Source: Patescibacteria group bacterium
Lineage (GTDB): Bacteria; Patescibacteriota; Patescibacteriia; UBA9934
Length of the DNA: 64,000 bases
Reading direction: 5' to 3'
Assembly (NCBI GenBank): GCA_049296775.1
Contig: JBAQTB010000003.1
Location: 12,766 to 76,765, forward strand
The translations under genes and the position numbers were made by a program. This document shows, in pieces, positions 46,218 to 54,037 of this stretch (position 1 is its first letter; each line of letters starts with the position of its first letter). The notes below the pieces were generated by a model that was given only the letters and a program-made list of their open reading frames with translations, was not told the DNA's origin and searched no databases.

Positions 46218-46337
46218 GCCGGTCAGAGACCATGAGCGAGCGAAGCCTGATGGTAAGCCCTTCGATGAACTCAGGGCATTCGACTCACTTCGTCTTCCCA
46301 AGCGGTCGAAGACCATGAGCGAACGAAGTGAGTCGAA
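46218..46337 (-). repeat. tRNA-Pro-linked tandem hairpin repeat (one full roughly 85-nt unit plus one half unit)
   Basis: Unit cccttcgatgaactcagggcattcgactcacttcg-[30-nt loop]-cgaagtgagtcgaatgg; the terminal tgg is the encoded CCA of tRNA-Pro. The half unit ggtcagagaccatgagcgagcgaag lies upstream. Confidence 0.7.
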
Positions 46338-46412
46338 TGGTCGGGCTAGTGGGATTTGAACCCACGGCCTCTTGCACCCCATGCAAGCGCGCTACCACTG
46401 CGCCATAGCCCG
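46338..46412 (-). tRNA. tRNA-Pro (anticodon GGG), CCA encoded
   Basis: Cloverleaf: acceptor CGGGCUA/UAGCCCG, D arm GCGC/GCGC, anticodon stem CUUGC/GCAAG, loop AUGGGGU (G37), T arm GUGGG-UUCAAAU-CCCAC, discriminator A, CCA. Confidence 0.85.
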
Positions 46413-46444
46413 ATGTTTGAGGTTGTCGTTGGGGTTATTGTAGG

Positions 46445-46993
46445 CTACTTAAACTGTGCGTAGCTGAAAAGGACACCAAAGGCGCGGCACCAGATCATGA
46501 CGTTGGTGTATTTGGTTAGATCAGTCCCGGCTGGGATGGCGTAGTTGACGCTGCCCTCCGTGGCCCGAATGGCACCAAGGTCTACAATGTCATCCGCATT
46601 TAGGTCGGACGATAGGTAGATGCGTAGATCGGGGCCGTTGATAGTTTTTAGATTTTCAAAACGTAGAAAAGTTTCGTCACCAGCTGTAACTAGTAAAGCT
46701 TCGCCTTCCACGCCGTGTGCCATGGCGATCATATTTGCTCGGCTGGTGATGGTTGGTTGACTTGCAGGCATGGTTTCATCTTTCACCATCACCTCGTCTT
46801 TCATGTCTGCAGTCTGCTTGTCAAAATCGGCTTGTGTCTCGGCATCCATTGTCTGCCGGTTATCTTGGATTGAAGCGTCTGGAGTGCCTGGCAAGGCCTC
46901 ATCTAGTGTTACATCTCGCCAAAAAGGTGATATCAACCAGTATGCTAAGGCTAATATAACGATCAATCCGATCCCAATAAATAGTTTTTTCAT
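46445..46993 (-). CDS. DM13-domain secreted/membrane-anchored protein
   Basis: N-terminal signal/TM, C-terminal DM13-like domain (GEALLVTAGDETFLRFENL...GPDLRIYLS...NVMIWCRAFGVLFSYAQF). Confidence 0.5.
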   Translation of the reverse strand: MKKLFIGIGLIVILALAYWLISPFWRDVTLDEALPGTPDASIQDNRQTMDAETQADFDKQTADMKDEVMVKDETMPASQPTITSRANMIAMAHGVEGEALLVTAGDETFLRFENLKTINGPDLRIYLSSDLNADDIVDLGAIRATEGSVNYAIPAGTDLTKYTNVMIWCRAFGVLFSYAQFK

Positions 46994-47048
46994 AAGTACT
47001 TAAAGATTTACGGATTTTCTATGACGATTTTGAAGTCCGAAGCATTAA

Positions 47049-47510
47049 TCATAGCTCGTAGTAGGTCTTGATGCACTCATCCAAATCATGAATCAAATCC
47101 AATTTGAGTGCTTCGATTGGTGATACCCACACATACGCCTGATGTTCTTTAAGATTAACAATTATTTCAGGCTGGGTCGAGAGGCGAGCAATGAACATGT
47201 GATAACCAATGTCATGTCCCTCGTTTCGAACGAATACAGTACCAATATGTTCAAGATCTTCTTCAGAAATGTCTAGGCCAGTTTCTTCTTTAATCTCTCG
47301 GCTCATTGCCCGATGAATAGTTTCTCCTGGGTCGACCTTGCCAGCGGGTAGGCCTAATTTATTGCCATTGGTTTTGTGCGGTTGGCGGTGGAGCAGCACA
47401 AACTTTCCGTCATGCTGAACATAACAACCAACCACGTCTATTTCCTTATTAAAATCTTTCGGCGCTTCTTGGAAAATCATAGAGTTCGAATCCCTTTTGA
47501 ATTCACTCAT
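47049..47510 (-). CDS. NUDIX hydrolase
   Basis: Nudix box GLPAGKVDPGETIHRAMSREIKEETGL. Confidence 0.8.
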   Translation of the reverse strand: MSEFKRDSNSMIFQEAPKDFNKEIDVVGCYVQHDGKFVLLHRQPHKTNGNKLGLPAGKVDPGETIHRAMSREIKEETGLDISEEDLEHIGTVFVRNEGHDIGYHMFIARLSTQPEIIVNLKEHQAYVWVSPIEALKLDLIHDLDECIKTYYEL

Positions 47511-47612
47511 GTTATCACCTTTTAGTTTTAGAAAGTAGCTTAAAATACATTGACGACATCCCCAACGTAGCCCGATTTGTCCGACATAGCCCGTAGGGCG
47601 ACGGCGGAGGGG

Positions 47613-47784
47613 TGAAATGTCAGCCCTTCGATAAACTCAGGACATTCGACTCACTTCGTCTTCCCAGCGGTCTGAGACCATGAGCGAACGAGGTTTGATG
47701 GTGCGTCCTTCGATTGACTCAGGACATTCGACTCGCTTTGTCCCCTCACTGGTCGAAGACCATGAGCGAGCGAAGCGAGTCGAA
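47613..47784 (-). repeat. tRNA-Ser-linked tandem hairpin repeat (two roughly 80-85-nt units)
   Basis: Units are homologous to the tRNA-Pro-linked unit. The proximal unit ends gagtcgaatgg, with tgg equal to the CCA of tRNA-Ser. Stem cgactcgctttg/cgaagcgagtcg shows compensatory changes relative to cgactcacttcg/cgaagtgagtcg. Confidence 0.7.
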
Positions 47785-47872
47785 TGGCGGAAGAGGAGAG
47801 ATTCGAACTCTCGATACCTTGCGGTATACACGCTTTCCAAGCGTGCGCACTAGGCCACTATGCGACTCTTCC
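47785..47872 (-). tRNA. tRNA-Ser (anticodon GGA), class II with long variable arm, CCA encoded
   Basis: Acceptor GGAAGAG/CUCUUCC, anticodon stem CACGC/GCGUG, loop UUGGAAA, variable arm UAUACCGCAAGGUAU, T arm GAGAG-UUCGAAU-CUCUC, discriminator G, CCA. Confidence 0.85.
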
Positions 47873-47951
47873 TTAAGGATATTAGGATAGAATTCCCACC
47901 TTAAGATATAGCAATTACTTACTTTAGGCAAGCGTGGTAATATGCGTAAAT

Positions 47952-48344
47952 ATGAAGATCAGTTATCCAATTGCTGAGGTTCCGAATCCGGGCGAAGCGC
48001 TGCGTAAAGCCGGATATGCTTACTTTAGGGACCCTAAGTCTGGGGAGGATAGTTTTGTAATCAGGCTGACCACAGAGTTCTATCCACGCTTTCATTTATA
48101 TGTGGACCAAGATGACAAACAAGTGAGTTTTAATTTGCACCTGGATCAGAAAAAGCCTTCTTACGGCGATCATAACAAGCATGCCGGCGAATATGATGGC
48201 GAGGTCGTAAGTAAAGAAATGCGTAGAGTAGACAGTTGGGTGAGGTCTTATGCACGTATGGTTAAGGCCGATAATATTACGCCGGCTTCTGATCGACATA
48301 AAACCAAGGACGCAAGCAAGCCTTGGTGGAGACGCTTTTTCTAA
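47952..48344 (+). CDS. Hypothetical protein
   Basis: The ORF-track start 47934 is GTG; the ATG is at 47952. No family recognised. Confidence 0.4.
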   Translation: MKISYPIAEVPNPGEALRKAGYAYFRDPKSGEDSFVIRLTTEFYPRFHLYVDQDDKQVSFNLHLDQKKPSYGDHNKHAGEYDGEVVSKEMRRVDSWVRSYARMVKADNITPASDRHKTKDASKPWWRRFF

Positions 48345-48382
48345 ATTCTTCCAGTCTGAACAATGTTATACTCTATAGGAGT

Positions 48383-49711
48383 ATGCGTTATTGGGGGTTG
48401 CGAATTTGGATCGCTATTTTGCTAGTGGCAGGGAGCGTCATGCAGCTACCAATTAGTCAGGTAGCGGCTGAAACCGCGGTGGATGCACCGGCGGTAAATT
48501 TGTTTTTTTCACCGGCTAGCCAGAGCGTGATTGAGGGGTCGACGTTTCAGGTGTCTTTGTATATCGATACTAAAGGTCAGAGCATGAGCACCATGGAGTT
48601 GCTGGTTAAATTCAATCCGCAGTTAATGGAGGTAGTCACTCCGGCCGCAGGTCAGTCCTTGATTCAGTTGTGGCTGCAGCCGCCGTCATATTCAAATTCT
48701 GAAGGTACAGCTAGATTCGTGGGTTTGATTCCTAACGGAATCGTGACGGAAAGTGGCTTGGTAACGACGATTACTTTTAGAGCCTTGGCCGTGGGGAAGG
48801 CGGACGTGAGTTTATTGACTTCGTCCCAGGTGTTAGCGAATGACGGCCTTGGGACCGCGGCCAAGACATCTTTTGGCCGAGCTTCTTATACTATTACACC
48901 TAAGCCACCATCTGGAGTGAGGGTTTTCTCAGCCACGCATCCGTTTGAAACGGATTGGTATAAGGAAAAGAACGTCGTGATTGGTTGGGATCAGGATCCA
49001 GAGGTCGACGGTTTTAGTTTTAGTTTAGACACTGAGCCGTCAACGGTGCCAGATGACGTGGCGGAGGGCTTAATGACGTCTAAGGGTTATGAAAACTTAA
49101 GCGACGGTTTGCATTACTTCCATATCCGTGCCAGTAAGCAGGGCGTGTGGGGTCAGACTAGCCACTTCTTGGTTAGAATTGATTCCATTCCACCGGCTGC
49201 ATTCAAGCCCAAGGTTGAGGAAGTAGTTGATGACTCTAAACAGCGGCGCTTGGTGAGTTTTTTTACCACGGACTCTCTCTCCAGAATGGATCACTACGAG
49301 ATTGGTGTGATTGATAAGACGGAGTCACCGGATCTGTCACCGGTGTTTGTGCAGGCCGTGAGCCCGTATCAATTCACTACTGACCCAAGCCATAATTATC
49401 GAGTAGTAGTTAGAGCCGTGGACGCGGCGGGGAATACGCGGGACCAGTCACTCGAGATTAGAGCGAGTGTGTATTCAGGCGTGTTTGCGGGAGTTATGCA
49501 GTTAGTCAAGGGCCGATTGATGTTCTTGCTCAGTTTGGTCTTGGCGATTTTAGTGGGTTTGATTGCGCTGCACTATATCGTCGGTCATCACGTCTATTCC
49601 AGATTCAGAGCTCTCCTCCGATTATTGACTCACGATGATGAGTTTAAGCAGATCGAAAATCAATTAGCAGCTCGGCGACACGTTAAGCCGAAAATGATTA
49701 GACGTAAGTAA
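48383..49711 (+). CDS. Cell-surface protein with signal peptide, cohesin-like beta-sandwich domain and C-terminal membrane anchor
   Basis: Signal peptide MRYWGLRIWIAILLVAGSVM. Cohesin-like segment (TFQVSLYIDTKGQSMSTMELLVKFNPQLMEV...ANDGLGT). C-terminal TM helix MFLLSLVLAILVGLIALHYIV. AGGAG SD before the ATG at 48383 (the ORF-track start is TTG). Confidence 0.5.
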   Translation: MRYWGLRIWIAILLVAGSVMQLPISQVAAETAVDAPAVNLFFSPASQSVIEGSTFQVSLYIDTKGQSMSTMELLVKFNPQLMEVVTPAAGQSLIQLWLQPPSYSNSEGTARFVGLIPNGIVTESGLVTTITFRALAVGKADVSLLTSSQVLANDGLGTAAKTSFGRASYTITPKPPSGVRVFSATHPFETDWYKEKNVVIGWDQDPEVDGFSFSLDTEPSTVPDDVAEGLMTSKGYENLSDGLHYFHIRASKQGVWGQTSHFLVRIDSIPPAAFKPKVEEVVDDSKQRRLVSFFTTDSLSRMDHYEIGVIDKTESPDLSPVFVQAVSPYQFTTDPSHNYRVVVRAVDAAGNTRDQSLEIRASVYSGVFAGVMQLVKGRLMFLLSLVLAILVGLIALHYIVGHHVYSRFRALLRLLTHDDEFKQIENQLAARRHVKPKMIRRK

Positions 49712-49718
49712 ATCCGTT

Positions 49719-49997
49719 ATGGTTCAAGTCCTTTCACGGTTAAAGCAGCACGGTCAGAAAGTGCAGGGTGCAGTGGCGGATCAGACCATGAGTTACGTGA
49801 CAGCTGCGCTTGGTGTGGTAGCGGGTTTGGCTTGGAATGATGCCGTCAAATCCGCAATTGATTATTTTTTCCCAGCCGAGTCCGCCACGATTGTGGCGCA
49901 GTTTTTGTATGCCATTATTGTCACGTTGATTGTGGTCGTGTTGACTTTGCTGTTACGTAGACTATTTGGACTCGTGAAACCTAAAGTCACGGAGTAG
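49719..49997 (+). CDS. Small membrane protein
   Basis: 92 aa, two TM helices. Confidence 0.45.
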   Translation: MVQVLSRLKQHGQKVQGAVADQTMSYVTAALGVVAGLAWNDAVKSAIDYFFPAESATIVAQFLYAIIVTLIVVVLTLLLRRLFGLVKPKVTE

Positions 49998-50000
49998 GTT

Positions 50001-50447
50001 ATGCAGTTGGCTATGTTGTCGAGTTATCTGTGGTTGGCAGGTTTTGTGATTGGCCTTGGGGCGGTGAGTGTGATTGAAACTTTGGGTTGGTTGGGTCAGA
50101 GGTCGACCTACTGGACCGAGACGACTATCCGCACACATAAAGTGACTAAGCCCCTCATTTGGTTTGGGTTAACTTTAGCGACCGTGGGGGCGGTGTGGCA
50201 CTTTGTCCAGTTTGGACTGAGTCCGGTGGCGTATGTGTTGCTGGGGTTGGGGGCGGTGATGATTGTAAATGGTTCTTGGTTAACTTTTTGGTTGAGTCCA
50301 CGGTTGTTGGAACTAGAGCGTCAAGGACAGGCTAAACGATTGTTGCCCAAGACTTGGAAGCGTTGGATCACCTTGAGTTTCTGTGTGTCGATAGTCACCT
50401 GGTGGTCGGCCTTTGCGATCTCGATCTCAATTCTGGTTAATGGTTAG
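50001..50447 (+). CDS. Membrane protein (4 TM)
   Basis: 148 aa, four hydrophobic helices. Confidence 0.45.
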   Translation: MQLAMLSSYLWLAGFVIGLGAVSVIETLGWLGQRSTYWTETTIRTHKVTKPLIWFGLTLATVGAVWHFVQFGLSPVAYVLLGLGAVMIVNGSWLTFWLSPRLLELERQGQAKRLLPKTWKRWITLSFCVSIVTWWSAFAISISILVNG

Positions 50448-50451
50448 GTGT

Positions 50452-51030
50452 ATGACGACTAAGGATTGGAAGAAATTGGGGAGTGTAGTGTTAGCGTTGC
50501 TGATAATAGTTTTAGGATCGGTGATAGGTGAGACGGTGGGGTCGGTTGAGGATACTGATGCTGATATAGCGTTAGACACGAACGTGGCGATCGATGTCAC
50601 TCAGCCTGTCGATGGTAGCGTGGACAGGGTGATCGACGGGGATACGGTGGATGTGGTGTTAGCTGGTGAAGTGACACGCATTCGGTTGATCGGGGTCGAC
50701 ACTCCAGAGACGGTGGATCCTAGGAAAGAGGTGCAATGTTTTGGTCTGGAAGCGAGTGCGTTTGTGCAGAATTTACTCGCTGATCAGGTGGTGACGGTGG
50801 AGTTTGATGAGTCGCAAGGCATGACGGATAAGTACGGCAGAGCTTTAGCGTATTTGCGTTTAGCAGACGGTACGAATGTGGGGGAGAAGTTGCTCCGGGA
50901 TGGTTATGGTTATGAGTACACTTACAGCAAGGCGTACAAGTATCAGCAAGACTTTAAAAATGCTGAACAACTGGCGCGTGATACTGAAAGTGGTTTGTGG
51001 TCAAGTGAAACGTGTGGAGGAAATCGCTGA
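50452..51030 (+). CDS. Secreted thermonuclease (staphylococcal nuclease / SNase-like)
   Basis: Signal/TM MTTKDWKKLGSVVLALLIIVLG; SNase motifs VIDGDTVDV, RIRLIGVDTPE, YGRALAYL, ESGLWS. Confidence 0.8.
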   Translation: MTTKDWKKLGSVVLALLIIVLGSVIGETVGSVEDTDADIALDTNVAIDVTQPVDGSVDRVIDGDTVDVVLAGEVTRIRLIGVDTPETVDPRKEVQCFGLEASAFVQNLLADQVVTVEFDESQGMTDKYGRALAYLRLADGTNVGEKLLRDGYGYEYTYSKAYKYQQDFKNAEQLARDTESGLWSSETCGGNR

Positions 51031-51108
51031 TGCTGTGTGTAAACATGCTTGTCGCTCATGCCGAGCGACAGTATCATGATTGCATTCTCCTATCTCGATT
51101 TTGTGCTT

Positions 51109-51807
51109 ATGCGTATCATGAGCCCGGCATTTGCTAACGGTCACAGAATCCCATCCTTGTACACTTGTGATGGTGATGATATTAATCCAGAATTACGTTT
51201 TGACGGTGTACCTAAGGGGACGCAGAGTCTAGCTTTAGTGGTGGACGATCCTGATTCTCCAAGTGGTAATTGGTTGCACTGGTCAGTCTGGAATATTTCT
51301 CCAGAGGTCAGATCAATTGCAGAAGATAGTGTTCCAGAAGGTGGTCTTGAAGGTGAGACTGACTTTAGTGAGGTGGGTTACGGCGGTCCGTGCCCGGGTT
51401 ACGGTGAACATGAGTATCGTTTTACGATTATTGCTTTGGATTGTTGGTTAGATGTGGCGGAGGGTGCACCCAGACACGTGCTTGAGGCCGCCATGAAGCG
51501 TCATATTTTAGCCACAGCATCTTTGGCTGGTAGATATCAACGGATTAAAAAAGATCCTAGAGCAGCTAAGTTGAAACTTAAGCAGTTAGCTGAGGCCAAG
51601 GCGAAATTAAAAGCTAAACCTAAGTCCACACCCAAAGCCAAAGGCAAGGTCGTGAAAAAAGTGACAGCAGCAAAAGCTAAGTCCAAGCCTAAAACTAAGG
51701 CTAAGCCGGTTGCAAAACCAAAAGCTAAAGTTAAACCAGGAGTTAAAACTAAAACTCGAGCTAAGCAGAAGACTAAGGTCAAGGTGGGGGCTAAACGTAA
51801 ACGTTGA
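51109..51807 (+). CDS. PEBP/YbhB-YbcL family protein fused to a roughly 85-aa Lys/Ala-rich histone-H1-like tail
   Basis: The PEBP core MSPAFANGHRIPSLYTCDGDDINPELRF...DDPDSPSG.WLHW...HEYRFT aligns with YbhB. The tail AKLKLKQLAEAKAKLKAKPKSTPKAKGKVVKK...KRKR is an AKP-repeat low-complexity region. Confidence 0.7.
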   Translation: MRIMSPAFANGHRIPSLYTCDGDDINPELRFDGVPKGTQSLALVVDDPDSPSGNWLHWSVWNISPEVRSIAEDSVPEGGLEGETDFSEVGYGGPCPGYGEHEYRFTIIALDCWLDVAEGAPRHVLEAAMKRHILATASLAGRYQRIKKDPRAAKLKLKQLAEAKAKLKAKPKSTPKAKGKVVKKVTAAKAKSKPKTKAKPVAKPKAKVKPGVKTKTRAKQKTKVKVGAKRKR

Positions 51808-52067
51808 TGACGGACTTCAAGCAGAAAGTCTTAGCGGTAGTGGCGAGTATTCCCGCCGGCTCCACGCTCAGTTATCAGGAAGTTGGTAAACGCGCGGGTA
51901 GCCCCCGGGCGTTTAGAGCTGTGGGCAGTGTCATGAAGCAGAATTTCGACCCCCAGATTCCGTGTCACCGCGTGATTTGTTCTGACGGAAGTTTAGGTCA
52001 ATATAATCGAGGTGTCGCCCAAAAACGTGCGCGCCTAGTGGCTGAAGGCGTAATTTTAGCCAAATAA
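51807..52067 (+). CDS. Short MGMT-family protein (methylated-DNA--protein-cysteine methyltransferase DNA-binding domain, active-site PCHRV present)
   Basis: 87 aa; HTH SYQEVGKRAGSPRAFRAVGSV and PCHRVI motif. The ATG at 51807 overlaps the preceding stop by 1 nt. Confidence 0.7.
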   Translation: MTDFKQKVLAVVASIPAGSTLSYQEVGKRAGSPRAFRAVGSVMKQNFDPQIPCHRVICSDGSLGQYNRGVAQKRARLVAEGVILAK

Positions 52068-52108
52068 TCTGGCTGTTAAAAAATGCTAGTTTACGGTAAT
52101 GTCTCGTC

Positions 52109-54004
52109 ATGGATGCTAAAGATGAGATCAAATTAAAGCTAGATGTAGCTGAAGTTATCGGCGAATATTTGCCGCTTAAGTCAGCTGGGAGTGGTTCCAT
52201 GAAGGGTGTTTGCCCGTTTCATGCGGAACGCACGCCGTCTTTTCATGTTTCCAGAGAACGTCAGATCTGGAAATGTTTTGGTTGTGATAAAGGTGGTGAC
52301 ATGTTTACTTTTATTATGGAGATGGAAGGCATGACCTTCCCAGAGGCCTTGCGTCATTTGGCGGATAAGGCGGGAGTGGAGGTGCCGGAATATCGATCAA
52401 CGCCGGATACAGACAAGCGTGATGTGCTGAAAACGATTCACAAGTTCGCGGCTGAGTATTACGCCACCTGTTTACGTGAGTATCCTAACGGTCAGTCGGT
52501 GCGTAGTTATGTCGCTGGTCGGCAGATTGATGCTGCCTTGCAAGCTAAGTTTCAGTTAGGCGCTTCTCCGGATGATTGGGATGTGTTGTGTAATTTGTTA
52601 CTCAAGCAGGGTTATTCTGAGCAGACGATTTTAGACAGTGGTTTGGGTTTGCGGAGAAAATCGGGGAGTGGTTTGGTGGACAGGTTTAGAGGCAGGTTGA
52701 TGATCCCACTGTGTGATGCGGCCGGAACAGTGATTGGTTTTACGGCTAGAGTCTTGCCAGGCGCGCCGGAAGATCAGGGTAAATATGTCAATTCACCCGA
52801 GACTCCAATTTATCACAAGGGTGCTGTGTTGCACGGTTTGCATTTAGCTAAGTCCGGCATACGCCAGGCCGGTGAGGTGATTATCGTGGAAGGTAATTTG
52901 GATGTGATCGCCTCACATAAGGCGGGGGTTGAGAATGTGGTGGGGAGTTCTGGTACAGCTTTAACTGAGACACAGTTACGCACATTGGCGCGTTACACTA
53001 AACGTTTGGTCTTTTGTTTAGATGATGACGCGGCTGGGTTTGCGGCGGCTAAGCGCGTGGTTGAGTTGGCGATTAAATTACAAGCGTCCGATCCAGCTTT
53101 GCAGTTTGATGTGCGGTGTTTGGTGGTGCCAGTTGGCGCCGGTAAAGATCCGGATGAAATTGTGCAGCGTGACCCGGCGGAGTGGGTGCGGATTGCGAGT
53201 GATTCGCAAGCGGTGATCGAATATTATTTTCAGAAAGTTATTCGTTTGTTTGAGGAGCATGGGGGAGCGGCGAGTGTGGAGGCCAGACGGCATTTGATTG
53301 ATGACTTGTTACCGCATATTGCTAGAGTCAACCGGCCGGACGAGCGACATTTGTACCTCATGCGGATTGCGGATGCCACGCACGTGGGTACAGACGTGTT
53401 GCAAGCTATGGTAGAGGAGACGCGGTCCAAGACCAGTCAAGCCGAGACGCCAGCGACCCCGGCCAAGACCGCGCCCTTGGCTTTAAAGCCAGCAGTGAAG
53501 GTCAACCAGCCAAATACCGCCCAGGCACCAGAGACTCAAGCTGCGGCCTTATTGTTTGGGGCAGCTTTGCGCTACGAGCTGTATGCGCCAGCGATTTTGG
53601 CCAATGTTCCTAAAGAACTGTTGATGGATCCGTGGCAGCAGCTTTACACCGCCCTGGAACTCGTTTATAATGCTGGTCAAATACAACCTCCCGCACCACC
53701 TCAAACACTTTTTTCGCGACTACGGGCATATCTCGAGGATCAGCAGCAGGTCCAGGCTATTCATACGCTTGATGCCGTTGCTCTCCGTATTGATGAGATC
53801 TTTGCCGGTCTGACGCCAACACGTGTGCGTTCGGAAGTTGAAAATCACTTAGCGCTGTTTGCCTCGGCGCAACTCATGAAGAGGCGTAAAGAGCTGGAAG
53901 CGGCTATTCGGCACGCTGAACTAGCAGGTGATGCTGCACGTTTGACGGAGTTGTTAGCTGACTACTCCAAGCTCATTCCACGTTCCAATACCAAGTCGTC
54001 CTAG
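52109..54004 (+). CDS. dnaG: DNA primase
   Basis: Zinc-ribbon CPFHAERTPSFHV...CFGC, TOPRIM EGNLDVIA / DDDAAG, C-terminal DnaB-interaction region. Confidence 0.93.
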   Translation: MDAKDEIKLKLDVAEVIGEYLPLKSAGSGSMKGVCPFHAERTPSFHVSRERQIWKCFGCDKGGDMFTFIMEMEGMTFPEALRHLADKAGVEVPEYRSTPDTDKRDVLKTIHKFAAEYYATCLREYPNGQSVRSYVAGRQIDAALQAKFQLGASPDDWDVLCNLLLKQGYSEQTILDSGLGLRRKSGSGLVDRFRGRLMIPLCDAAGTVIGFTARVLPGAPEDQGKYVNSPETPIYHKGAVLHGLHLAKSGIRQAGEVIIVEGNLDVIASHKAGVENVVGSSGTALTETQLRTLARYTKRLVFCLDDDAAGFAAAKRVVELAIKLQASDPALQFDVRCLVVPVGAGKDPDEIVQRDPAEWVRIASDSQAVIEYYFQKVIRLFEEHGGAASVEARRHLIDDLLPHIARVNRPDERHLYLMRIADATHVGTDVLQAMVEETRSKTSQAETPATPAKTAPLALKPAVKVNQPNTAQAPETQAAALLFGAALRYELYAPAILANVPKELLMDPWQQLYTALELVYNAGQIQPPAPPQTLFSRLRAYLEDQQQVQAIHTLDAVALRIDEIFAGLTPTRVRSEVENHLALFASAQLMKRRKELEAAIRHAELAGDAARLTELLADYSKLIPRSNTKSS

Positions 54005-54037
54005 AGTTAAGGGCTGTTTGGGTTGGAAGGTCTATCT

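Noticed and set aside
46190-47784. CRISPR array interpretation of the roughly 85-nt tandem repeats
   Set aside because: The units abut each other without unique spacers and each locus has only two to three units. The units start at a tRNA CCA and contain long internal palindromes; no cas genes are nearby.
46062-47931. ORFs 46062..46382, 47637..47840 and 47746..47931 with shared peptide segments (FDSLRSLMVFD, ARSWS)
   Set aside because: They overlap tRNA-Pro or tRNA-Ser and the tandem DNA repeats. The shared peptides are an artefact of translating a DNA repeat.
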